Shown: positions 39,246-48,193, counted from the first letter of the stretch. The stretch: DNA of 64,000 nucleotides from Candidatus Undinarchaeota archaeon (GCA_964519305.1 CAZFHY010000007.1:83427-147426); one strand, 5' to 3'. Made by a program: numbers and translations. Notes: generated by a model not told the origin, from the sequence alone.

Positions 39246-40025
39246 TCAGGCTAGGAGCGCTTCCTCAAGACCGTCGATGATCTCGGCCTTGTGCTCGCGC
39301 ATCATCTCGAGCTTGCCCGTCCGGTAGGTGCTTACCATCTTACCGACACCCGGGACCTTGTTCACCCAGCTGTCCTTGATGGCGGCCTTGCGCTCAGTGA
39401 CCTCTTCGTCGAGCTTCCCGCGAAGCTCAGCGTAGGTCCCTTCTTCGGAAAGACCGAACACCTCGGCGGTGTTTCCCTCGGGATTGTCGTAGCCGGAGAG
39501 GCTCTCGAGCAGCTCATAGGTCACCTGGCCCTTCCCTGCAGAGTACAACGCTCCGGTCACAGCGGATGTATCCTTGAGAGCGTCCACGGTAGAAGTGAGC
39601 TTCTCGGGGAGTGCCCCGTACTCGTTCACCTTGAAGGAATGCTCCTTGGTGATGTGGTCGTTATGCCACATGAAACCGCTCTCGCACTCCCGGGAGGTCT
39701 CCTTGCTCTTAACGAACTCCCAGTGCACGGTGCGGTATCCGGGGAACATGTCACCTTCTACCTTTGCGTGGATACCCTTCTCGGAGCAGGTACGTTCGAG
39801 CTTGCATATCTCGCCCTCGACGTCCCACTTGGAGTATCCTTCTTGATTGACCTCGGCCCGATGAGTGCCTGCTCGCATGACATCATAGGACTCGGTAAAG
39901 GAATAGTCCTTTTCAAGACCAGCCTCGATGGCAGTCTGCTCACCGATGGAGCCAAGGACCCCGTAGGCCTCCTGGCTCACATCGAATTGGTACGGCATGT
40001 TGACGCGTTCTAATCCGCCTAGCAT
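39246..40025 (-). CDS. Hypothetical family B, copy B2 (259 aa)
   Basis: Start re-set to ATG 40025 (AGGTGA RBS, TTTATATA upstream); family B motifs. Confidence 0.9.
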   Translation of the reverse strand: MLGGLERVNMPYQFDVSQEAYGVLGSIGEQTAIEAGLEKDYSFTESYDVMRAGTHRAEVNQEGYSKWDVEGEICKLERTCSEKGIHAKVEGDMFPGYRTVHWEFVKSKETSRECESGFMWHNDHITKEHSFKVNEYGALPEKLTSTVDALKDTSAVTGALYSAGKGQVTYELLESLSGYDNPEGNTAEVFGLSEEGTYAELRGKLDEEVTERKAAIKDSWVNKVPGVGKMVSTYRTGKLEMMREHKAEIIDGLEEALLA

Positions 40026-40151
40026 GTCTGTTGTCACCTGAGAGGGACACTGGGGCGTCCCGTATATAAACGTTCGTTTGGGTCGTGCCTTTGACCCGTA
40101 ATAGCACGATTGTACTGGATCAATACGATATCGATCCACGGTCTATATAGT

Positions 40152-40183
40152 AGAAAGAAAATGGTCCCGCCGAATTGGCGGGA
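40152..40183 (-). terminator. Hairpin plus T-tract after B3
   Basis: TCCCGCC-AATTC-GGCGGGA then CCATTTTCTTTCT. Confidence 0.6.
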
Positions 40184-40201
40184 TTTCCTGTAAGTGCTGT
40201 A

Positions 40202-40981
40202 CTACTCGACCAGGGATTCTTCGAGCTGGTCGATGATGGCGGACTTGCGCTCCATCTCTTGGGAGACCTTCTCGTGACGCTTGGCGGTAATGTGGTCTCC
40301 GACCACAGGGAGCTTGCCCGCGAGGCTGTTGTTTATCTTCTGGTGCTCGCTGTCGGTCACGAGCTGGAGCACCTCGCGCATCCCTGCGTAGGTCTCACGG
40401 TCACCGAGCTTGAGTATCTCGGCCGTATTGCCGGACTTATCGCTGTAACCGTCGAGGTGATCGATGAGATCGTAGGCGATGACGTCGATCGGCATGTACT
40501 TCACTGACGCCTTGACAGCAGAAGTGTCCTCGAGCTTGTCCAGGTTCTCCGCGAAACGCTCGGGGAGCGCACCGTACTCGTTGACCGTGAACGAATGCTG
40601 GTCCACATATCGGAAGTGGCCCCAGAAGAGACCACGTTCACCGTCCTTGGACACGCTCTCGGTCTTCACCACGCCCCACCGGGGGATGGTGTAGCGGGTG
40701 GTCATACCGGTTTCGAACGTTGCATGGATACCGAGCTCGTCTGCCTTGGCCTCGAGCCCCTTGACCTCCTTGTACACTTCGCCGCGGGTCGAACCCCACA
40801 CGGTGTCGTACTTGTATAGTCCACCGCCGAAGGCCTCGTCGATCGTCTCGGTGAACGAATGGCTCTTCTCGAGCCCGGCTTCCTTTGCGACCTGCTCACC
40901 GATGGCGCCGAGCATGCCGTAGGTACCGTAGTTCACTTCTGCCTCGTAGGGCATGGATGTCCGATCGACGACGCCTAGCAT
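40202..40981 (-). CDS. Hypothetical family B, copy B3 (259 aa)
   Basis: GGAGG RBS inside the end of B4; family B motifs. Confidence 0.9.
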   Translation of the reverse strand: MLGVVDRTSMPYEAEVNYGTYGMLGAIGEQVAKEAGLEKSHSFTETIDEAFGGGLYKYDTVWGSTRGEVYKEVKGLEAKADELGIHATFETGMTTRYTIPRWGVVKTESVSKDGERGLFWGHFRYVDQHSFTVNEYGALPERFAENLDKLEDTSAVKASVKYMPIDVIAYDLIDHLDGYSDKSGNTAEILKLGDRETYAGMREVLQLVTDSEHQKINNSLAGKLPVVGDHITAKRHEKVSQEMERKSAIIDQLEESLVE

Positions 40982-40985
40982 GTGT

Positions 40986-41774
40986 TCAGGCCTCCTTTAG
41001 TAGCGATCCCTCGAGCTGGTCGATGATGTCCGCCTTTCGCTCCCTAAGGGCCTCGACCTTGGCGAGCTGGCGGTCCTTGATGTACTTGCCCACGAGCGGG
41101 ATCTTACCGAAGAACCCGTCATCTATCTTTTCCTTGCGGCCCTGTACCTCGGAATCGAGGAGGGTGCGGTAGGAGTCGAACGTACTTCCATCGTTGAGAC
41201 CGAACACTTCAGCGGTGTTCCCCTCGGGATCGGCGTACCCTGCGATGCTGTCGAGCAGTTCGTAGGCGACCTTCTCGCGTCCGGCAGTGTCCAGTGCATC
41301 CTTGACGGATGATACGTCCTGCAAGCGGTCGATGGTCTCGGTCAGCCTCCGCTCCGGGATCGCGCCATACTCCTCCACCTCGAAGGAGTACTGGTCCACG
41401 CAGCGCGTGTTGCTCCAGTGGAACCCGCTCTGCTCGTCCCGGGAGATGGGCGTGGTCTTGACTACCTCCCAATCCACCCTGCGATATTGTACGTTGATCT
41501 CGCCCTTGAGCTTGGCATGGATGCCCAGACTGGCGGCCTTTCCCTCAAGTTCCTCGAGCGCGTGGTACGCGTCCGACGGGGTGTCGCCATCGATATGGAC
41601 AGTGACATGCCTGATCCCCGCGTTGATCTCATCGTACGTCTCTGTGCACGAGAATCCCTTCTCCAAGCCGGCCTCGCTAGCGGTCTGCTCGCCGATGGCC
41701 CCGAGCACATCATAGGTCGCTGAGCTCACGTCAAGTGAGTATGGCATCGTGATCCGTTCGTAGTTCTCGATCAT
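40986..41774 (-). CDS. Hypothetical family B, copy B4 (262 aa)
   Basis: Start re-set to ATG 41774 (MIENYERITMPY), which aligns with the B2/B3 starts; TTATAAAA upstream. Confidence 0.9.
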   Translation of the reverse strand: MIENYERITMPYSLDVSSATYDVLGAIGEQTASEAGLEKGFSCTETYDEINAGIRHVTVHIDGDTPSDAYHALEELEGKAASLGIHAKLKGEINVQYRRVDWEVVKTTPISRDEQSGFHWSNTRCVDQYSFEVEEYGAIPERRLTETIDRLQDVSSVKDALDTAGREKVAYELLDSIAGYADPEGNTAEVFGLNDGSTFDSYRTLLDSEVQGRKEKIDDGFFGKIPLVGKYIKDRQLAKVEALRERKADIIDQLEGSLLKEA

Positions 41775-41934
41775 TTGTGATCCACCCTGAGGGGATGGCG
41801 GCCCCGGCCCTCCTTTTATAACCACCCTTGGGCTCACACCGTGATAAATCGAATCACGTCTTGTTGTCTCACGGGCCGTCACCTTGGGCAGGTTTATATA
41901 CGCCTGAACCGTGTTGTACCCCGAGCGTGGTGAC

Positions 41935-42897
41935 ATGGAGCGGTACGATCTGACCGAACATCCGTTGACCATCGTGAACGAAGCGGGCGGAACACTGTCC
42001 GTGTATGTGGGCGAGCGTTCCTTCAATAGCTACCTCGATGATGTAGCCGATAAGGGTGCTTACGGGGAAACGCTCGTGTTCAATCCTCCTGATTCTACAA
42101 TGACCGTCACATCGGAGACCGAGAGCTATCTGCTCGACGGTGCCGGTACAGTGGTCGTCGCAAAGGACGCATCTCCGCGGTTCCTGTACTCCGTACCCGA
42201 GACCGGCTCCATGGGCCCCCTGGCCATGACCACGACTGCGCCCGAGTGGTGGGAGAGCTACGAAGGTGAGCCTATGAACACAACGGGCTACAGGGGCGAC
42301 GAATGGGTCGGTGTCTACGACCTGTCCGAGCGCAGGAACACCGACACTGGTGGCTCTACCGAGTGGACCAACGACGCGGTCTCTGCCCGACCTGAGGAAG
42401 CGGACGGTGTGTTCGGGTTCTCCTACATGACATCCGGCAGGGTGAACGACGGCGGTCCGAACGACATGGTCCCAATCTACGAGAACAGACCTGTTGAGAG
42501 CATACACCGGCACCCCAAGGTCCATCAGTACGTGCAGGGTTCGGACATCACGGGCATCCACGAGCTATATGTGGTTGTAGAGGGGAAGGTCGGTATAGGT
42601 GTGTTCCACCCGGAAGAAGGTACGATGGACTACCATCTCCTCGAGGCCGGAGAGGCATTGGTGGTCGATCCGGACGAGACGCACGCGATACTGGCCACAT
42701 CTAAGGAGTTCGCGTACGCTTGCGCCCAGACACCGAGCACCTACCATTACCCCTTCGAGTACACGAAGCACGACTTCTCACCCGTATCCGAGATGGAGCA
42801 GAGGCTCGGCTACGATGTCAACGAACGCCTGAAAGGGTTCACCGAGCCAGGTGTCTACACACTGGACGTGGACGCCCGAGCACTTGGTATTGACTAG
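41935..42897 (+). CDS. Cupin domain protein with an acidic N-terminal region
   Basis: HRH...ELYVVVEG...LEAGEALVVDPDETHAI; TTTATATA and GGTGA upstream of ATG 41935. Confidence 0.8.
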   Translation: MERYDLTEHPLTIVNEAGGTLSVYVGERSFNSYLDDVADKGAYGETLVFNPPDSTMTVTSETESYLLDGAGTVVVAKDASPRFLYSVPETGSMGPLAMTTTAPEWWESYEGEPMNTTGYRGDEWVGVYDLSERRNTDTGGSTEWTNDAVSARPEEADGVFGFSYMTSGRVNDGGPNDMVPIYENRPVESIHRHPKVHQYVQGSDITGIHELYVVVEGKVGIGVFHPEEGTMDYHLLEAGEALVVDPDETHAILATSKEFAYACAQTPSTYHYPFEYTKHDFSPVSEMEQRLGYDVNERLKGFTEPGVYTLDVDARALGID

Positions 42898-42901
42898 TAC
42901 A

Positions 42902-43309
42902 TCACGAGGAAAGCTCTTCGATCAGTCCATTTACCCTTCGTACGATATCGTCCCGTATCGCACGTACCTCTTCGAGAGGGCGTCCCTTCGGGTCGGGCAG
43001 CTCCCAGTCCTCGGTAGGGATCCCTGTCCTGGGACATGCCCCGTCCATACATCCCATGGTGATGGCACGGACCGCCCCGTCGATCATCTCTTTAGTGAGC
43101 ATCTTCGGGCGCTCTTTCGATAGATCGATGTCCATTTCCATCATGACCTCCACGGTCTCTGGATGGACATGGTCCGCCGGCTCGGTCCCGGCGCTCACGC
43201 CGATGTAGCCTTCAGGTGCATCGCGGTCGAAGAACGCGGCGGCCATCTGAGACCTGCCGGCATTGTGCACACAGATGAAGAGGACTTTACGAGCGGGATT
43301 GTCTTCCAT
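42902..43309 (-). CDS. arsC: Arsenate reductase / LMW protein-tyrosine phosphatase family
   Basis: CVHNAGRSQM, SAGT, ITMGC..ACP, W.LPDP. Confidence 0.92.
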   Translation of the reverse strand: MEDNPARKVLFICVHNAGRSQMAAAFFDRDAPEGYIGVSAGTEPADHVHPETVEVMMEMDIDLSKERPKMLTKEMIDGAVRAITMGCMDGACPRTGIPTEDWELPDPKGRPLEEVRAIRDDIVRRVNGLIEELSS

Positions 43310-43349
43310 CGACAGAGGATTCGCGATATCAGGTTAAAGAGGTTACGTC

Positions 43350-44621
43350 CTAGACCCGGTCGGGCCGGTCCTGGAGAAGATCTACCATGTCGTAGACGAC
43401 GCAATCCCAGGCGAGCGGTTTCGCGCCCCCGCCTTTGCCGTTCTCCGGATTGTAGTGCTCCCACCAGTCGTTCTCTTTCACAAGGTCGACGGTCTTATGT
43501 GCGACCTCCTTTGCGAGGTCCGTCCTTCCCTGGTTCTCAAGGCCTTTCATGACGAACCAGTTGACGTTCAGCCAGACATTCCCACGCCAGTAAGTGTCTG
43601 GATCGTAACTATCGTTGTCCATAGAGGTCGTGGATATGCCGTACTGTGCCCAGAACTCTTTGGTGTTCGTTAGATGCTCGTCTATCATCTTTGAGTAGTC
43701 GAACTTCCTATCAAGGAGCATCGGGTAGAACATCGCGGCCGACTTAACAGGCGAGAGTGTTCCATCTGAAAGAATGTCGCAGAACTTGTCACCATCGTAC
43801 ATCGTGTTGAAGATGGCGTCCGTTGTCTTTGCTGACTGCTTCTCGAGCCATGTAGCATCCCTTCCGATCTCTTTGCTCAGGCTAGCGAGGATCTTCACGT
43901 TCTTTGCGTAGAGCACGTTGAAGTCAACGGGCTTAACTTCGAAGCTACCGTTTGCCAGTATCTTCTTCTCGTTCCATCCCTGCTCCTGGCACTCCTTGAA
44001 GATGCGCATCTTGTGCTCTCCTATCTCTTCACGAGTACCTTCGGTCACACCGTAGGTCGAGTCCCACCTTTGTGAGTTGTCCCAGCCGCTCTCCCAGGAA
44101 TGATAGATCGATAGAAGCTCGTCACCGTCCGGGTCCCTGACGTCCTTGAGGTGCTTGTAGTAGTTCTCCAACTGGGGGAGGACCTCTTTAAGGAACTCCT
44201 TGTCACCCGTGCGAGCGTAGATGCGTTCTACGGCCATAGCGATGATGGGGGGTTGGACCATGTCGGAATGATAGGGTGAGGACCAGTACTCGTCCACGAG
44301 GTCCTTGAAGCCTTCGGGTACCTCCTGTCCATCACCATTGAAGTAGTTCATGTGAGGGATGAACCCGTCAGCACGCTGGTTCGCCAGCATGGACCGGACC
44401 TCTTCCTTGGCTACACCGGGCTCTCTTTCAGCAAGCACATAAGCATGGAAGCAGGAGTCCCAGAACCATTGCCGACCGACATAGCCCTCGTGGTTCACAC
44501 TGGGGGTCGTGAACGTGTGGCCATCGACGGTGACACGCTGCTCTGTGAGCAACCTGTATGCTGATTCCTTGACTTGCTCAAGGTCCCCATCAGTAGGGCA
44601 AGTGGTGTAATCCAACTGCAT
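43350..44621 (-). CDS. GH63/MGH1-like glycoside hydrolase (mannosyl-/glucosylglycerate hydrolase or trehalase-like)
   Basis: QWFWDSCFHA, QPP, HSWESGWDNS, YWRGNVW, EHYNP.G.G.G...W; start set at ATG 44621. Confidence 0.88.
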   Translation of the reverse strand: MQLDYTTCPTDGDLEQVKESAYRLLTEQRVTVDGHTFTTPSVNHEGYVGRQWFWDSCFHAYVLAEREPGVAKEEVRSMLANQRADGFIPHMNYFNGDGQEVPEGFKDLVDEYWSSPYHSDMVQPPIIAMAVERIYARTGDKEFLKEVLPQLENYYKHLKDVRDPDGDELLSIYHSWESGWDNSQRWDSTYGVTEGTREEIGEHKMRIFKECQEQGWNEKKILANGSFEVKPVDFNVLYAKNVKILASLSKEIGRDATWLEKQSAKTTDAIFNTMYDGDKFCDILSDGTLSPVKSAAMFYPMLLDRKFDYSKMIDEHLTNTKEFWAQYGISTTSMDNDSYDPDTYWRGNVWLNVNWFVMKGLENQGRTDLAKEVAHKTVDLVKENDWWEHYNPENGKGGGAKPLAWDCVVYDMVDLLQDRPDRV

Positions 44622-44741
44622 AACCGACTGTCCCCAGTTATCCCTCTGTGAGGGATGCCAAAATACGCGGATCAGGCTGCTTATATAGTTTTCTCCAACT
44701 TTCGATGGACGAGGGTCCTCTCTTGACATAAGGGCTTCAAT

Positions 44742-44763
44742 GTTACTACTGTATAATAGTAAC
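44742..44763. promoter_or_regulatory. Palindromic operator, copy 1
   Basis: GTTACTACTGTATAATAGTAAC (extends to ATGTTACTA-N8-TAGTAACAT) directly before ATATATAAA. Confidence 0.7.
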
Positions 44764-44817
44764 ATATATAAAGCTGGAGAACAATAATACTATCAGTCGT
44801 TCTCGCCTGGTGTTCTC

Positions 44818-45852
44818 ATGGAGAGTTATGTTGCCGACATTGCATATGAGGCTGTTGACAAGGGTGTCTTCGCCTCCCGGCCTACCTCCTACAAGCCTTT
44901 TTCTGAGGGCCTGAGCGGCGCGAACGTTGGAATGGTCGAGTTCGAGGACGGCACAAGGGCCGTGTATAAGGGTGGCCCCTGGGATGAGATCGCCGGAGAG
45001 ATAGCTAATTACGGTGTATGGGAAAAGTACAACCCTGCGGCAGTGCCAAAGGTCTTCTATTCAAAGAAGGAAGGCGATGACCGCTGCTCATTTCTAATGG
45101 AGTACATCGATTCACCTAATCTGCACGAGCTATACACGGAACCTGCTCTACAAAAACAGGACCCAGGAGCGGGCAGGGTCGGCACACAGAAAGCCCTGGA
45201 TGAGATCATCAAGTGCTACCAGACATCCAAGAAGCAGGCATGCCCTACAAATGATTACCTTGACAAGATTTCGAGAAAAGTAAAGCAGAGTGCAGAAAAG
45301 CATGACGAGATCGCAGACCTTCTCAAGTACGACACCATAACTATCAACGGTAACGAGTATACCAACCCACTCAAGATGGTCGAGGAGTTACAGCAGCACA
45401 GCGGAAGATACAAGGCATCGTTCTCAACCCTGACTCATGGCGACCTCCATGCTCGCAACATCCACTACGATAAGGAAACAGGACGCTCCTACCTCATCGA
45501 TCCAGAAAAGTCCGAGTTCGGTGACTATGCAGCTGACATAGGACGACTGATGGCGACCACAACATGCAACTACACTGGTATCGAGAAGGCTGAATCGAAA
45601 GAGGGCAATATCAGTTACGAGAGCTTCCTCGGGGACTACTTCAAGGACATCCTATCGGACATCGAGACCAGAGCGGCTACATTCGCGGACCGGAACGGTG
45701 ACAAAGGCTTCCATGACCGGCTTGAGCTCAGTCGGGCTTCCTCCAAGTTCGTCCTACCTGCATTCAGCGACGACAAAGAGTTCTCCCTAGTGAGCTTCGG
45801 TGAAGGTGTTAAGCTCCTGGACGAAGTATATAGGAACGCACAAAACAAGTAG
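44818..45852 (+). CDS. Aminoglycoside phosphotransferase (APH)/protein-kinase-like fold protein
   Basis: GLSGANV, VYK, LMEYI, THGDLHARN, LIDPE, D.AADIGRL. Confidence 0.85.
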   Translation: MESYVADIAYEAVDKGVFASRPTSYKPFSEGLSGANVGMVEFEDGTRAVYKGGPWDEIAGEIANYGVWEKYNPAAVPKVFYSKKEGDDRCSFLMEYIDSPNLHELYTEPALQKQDPGAGRVGTQKALDEIIKCYQTSKKQACPTNDYLDKISRKVKQSAEKHDEIADLLKYDTITINGNEYTNPLKMVEELQQHSGRYKASFSTLTHGDLHARNIHYDKETGRSYLIDPEKSEFGDYAADIGRLMATTTCNYTGIEKAESKEGNISYESFLGDYFKDILSDIETRAATFADRNGDKGFHDRLELSRASSKFVLPAFSDDKEFSLVSFGEGVKLLDEVYRNAQNK

Positions 45853-45879
45853 TTCTACGTTTTTCAAACGTAGTTCGTA

Positions 45880-47049
45880 TCAAGACTGATCTTCTGCACT
45901 CTCTTCTTGATTCTTTTCCAGAAGTGATTTCATCTTGATGATGGACTCCTTTATTTCCTCGTTCTCAGGATCTAGAGAAAGAGCCCTGTCATATCTTTCC
46001 AGAGCACTTTTCAGATCCCCCTTGGCAACGAATGTAAGTCCGGAGGCAAATAGTGTCTCTGAATCGTCAGGTCTTAGATCCAAAGAGAGCTCGAATGCCT
46101 TGAGCGCATCATCCAATGACTCAAGCTCGAGCAGTGCATTACCAAGTGATTTCCATGTATCTGGATCACGCCCATAGATATCTAGAGATCTCTTGTATGC
46201 TTTAACTGCAGCTTCAAGATAACCTGCATCGTGATTGACCCGTCCTAGATTGTAAGCAATTGTTGGATTCTCCGGGTCCAGCTCAGCTGCATGCTGTATC
46301 GCATCAATTGCAGCATCGTACTTATTGAGCTGATATTTACATGAACCTAATGCTGCCCATGCTTCTGTGAAGTCGTCTTTTCGTTTAAGAGCTCTAGAAT
46401 ATGCATTTATCGCACCTTCAATTCTTCCTCTTTCCTCTAGTGCCCTTCCAAGTTCATACCAGATGTCCTCTCTGTCCGGATCTATCTTAAGTGCTTTCTC
46501 GAAACACTTCGTAGCTTCCTCCAATCTGTCTAGTTCCAGATTGATGATGCCGAGCATACTCCATGTGTCGGCATCTTTGCCCCCCAATCTGATACAATCA
46601 TTGAACTCTTTTTTGGCGCCCTCCAGATCGTCGAGTTCGTAAAGTGCACGCCCCAAATTGTAATGGCTTGTAGGGTTGTCCGGTTCTTGGATTAGCGCCA
46701 TACGGAAAGCTTTTGCCGATTGCTCCATTTTCCCGGCTTCATAATAGGTGAGGCCGAGGAACCTCCACGTCTTTGCGAGCTCTGGTGAATAGTTGATGAG
46801 CTTCGTATATGCCGCAATGGCTTCGTCGAACCTGCCTTCTTCTCGATGTATTGTGCCAAGTCTCGCCCAGGCCTCGGATATGTCTGGTTTTATCTTGACT
46901 GCTTGTCGGAATGCTTTGACGGCTTCTTCTGTATTTCCTTCGGATAAATTTGCGAGCCCTAGCGTGAACCATCCATCTGCATCCTCTTTCCACGCTGTAA
47001 GCCTAAGTCCTCCGGATAGCATGCCTCGCTTCCGGTCGTCTTTGCCCAC
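45880..47049 (-). CDS. Tetratricopeptide repeat protein (about 10 TPRs)
   Basis: 34-aa periodic W..LG....G...EA..A...A...P; visibly AT-richer than its flanks. Confidence 0.93.
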   Translation of the reverse strand: MGKDDRKRGMLSGGLRLTAWKEDADGWFTLGLANLSEGNTEEAVKAFRQAVKIKPDISEAWARLGTIHREEGRFDEAIAAYTKLINYSPELAKTWRFLGLTYYEAGKMEQSAKAFRMALIQEPDNPTSHYNLGRALYELDDLEGAKKEFNDCIRLGGKDADTWSMLGIINLELDRLEEATKCFEKALKIDPDREDIWYELGRALEERGRIEGAINAYSRALKRKDDFTEAWAALGSCKYQLNKYDAAIDAIQHAAELDPENPTIAYNLGRVNHDAGYLEAAVKAYKRSLDIYGRDPDTWKSLGNALLELESLDDALKAFELSLDLRPDDSETLFASGLTFVAKGDLKSALERYDRALSLDPENEEIKESIIKMKSLLEKNQEESAEDQS

Positions 47050-47116
47050 GGTATTGGTGGGTCAGATGAGGCTTATAAACGTTCTGAGTAGGCACAATCG
47101 AAATGTATATAAAGGA

Positions 47117-47138
47117 GTAACTACTATATAGTAGTAAC
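47117..47138. promoter_or_regulatory. Palindromic operator, copy 2
   Basis: GTAACTACTATATAGTAGTAAC between GTATATAAA (about 47105) and ATG 47140. Confidence 0.7.
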
Positions 47139-47139
47139 A

Positions 47140-48048
47140 ATGGGCCTGTTCGATTACTTTCGTACTGATCGCACCCCCTTTGAAGATGTACAGCGATCGG
47201 TCAAGGAAGGCGTCGACGGGCAGTCGTTATCGGACGAAGCAGTACTTGAAATCCTCAATGCTGCCTCGAGGTACGTAAAGGACGCCAAGCGTGGCGAAGA
47301 TGCAAAGAACGAGGTCTCATTATACCTGACCGGTGAACACGCAACGAAGCAGCTCCAGTATACGGGAGAGAACGGCATCGATTACATGAACGGTTGGCTC
47401 AGTTCATCGGTCGAGGACATCATCCGGTCAGCAGATGAATCAATGTCATATGATGGTCGTGCAAAGGACGTTAAAGGACCGCTTACCCCTAACAGGCCCA
47501 CAAGGGGTGGCTGGTCAAACGGTGCGGACTTTGACAAAGCTTTCCTGAAATATCAGACCTCCCGGATGGAGGACCTAGGCAAGCAGCATCAACAATCGTA
47601 TTCCAATACGAACGTGTACCACGGATGCGGCCTTACGCCCGATGAGGTCTTCAAGAACGGTATCCCCGCAAAGGGTGGGGACCACTACGAAATACAGGAC
47701 CACCAGTACGACAGTAAGGATAAGAACGGTGGTTCGGCCCTCCGTGGCGGGTGCCTGGACGCGAGAAATCCCGCTAAATTCGCAGGTGAGGATAATTTCG
47801 TCTACCTAATAGCGCCTGTCGGCGGGGCTATCGATCTGAACACCGCCCTGGGTGAGCGGCGGTTCGATGCATCTCAGGGTAAGATGGTCGGGAGCATTAT
47901 GTACGGTGAGACCGAGTACGCGTTCGGATCAATGCAACCAGCTTACGCGATCAAGGGCGCATTCAAGGTGGGACCTTATTTCGAAGCACCTGACGCGCAC
48001 AGGCTCGGGGAGTTCATCCCGAACCCGAACTATGCTATAGAACGGTAA
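47140..48048 (+). CDS. Scabin/pierisin/pertussis-S1-like ADP-ribosyltransferase domain protein
   Basis: VYHG...PDEVFKNG, FVYLIAP.GGAIDLNTALG, GETEYAF, IKGA, FIPNPNY. Confidence 0.75.
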   Translation: MGLFDYFRTDRTPFEDVQRSVKEGVDGQSLSDEAVLEILNAASRYVKDAKRGEDAKNEVSLYLTGEHATKQLQYTGENGIDYMNGWLSSSVEDIIRSADESMSYDGRAKDVKGPLTPNRPTRGGWSNGADFDKAFLKYQTSRMEDLGKQHQQSYSNTNVYHGCGLTPDEVFKNGIPAKGGDHYEIQDHQYDSKDKNGGSALRGGCLDARNPAKFAGEDNFVYLIAPVGGAIDLNTALGERRFDASQGKMVGSIMYGETEYAFGSMQPAYAIKGAFKVGPYFEAPDAHRLGEFIPNPNYAIER

Positions 48049-48153
48049 GTCGTTTTTCTTCTGGAAACCGGGAAAGATCGATTATCACTGGGCCGACGTT
48101 TCTTCCGTTGTACCTGACATGGGACGCTCCTCTATCCCTTAGCAGCAGGGAAC

Positions 48154-48193
48154 GAAAAGAAAGGGGTCCCTCGCCCCGGGGAAGGGCGAGGGA
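48154..48193 (-). terminator. Hairpin plus T-tract between convergent genes
   Basis: 10-bp stem TCCCTCGCCC/GGGCGAGGGA followed by CCCCTTTCTTTT on the minus strand. Confidence 0.6.

Noticed and set aside
37154-41774. Diversity-generating retroelement or cassette switching behind family B variation
   Set aside because: No reverse transcriptase, recombinase or near-identical TR/VR nucleotide repeats; the paralogs are anciently diverged.
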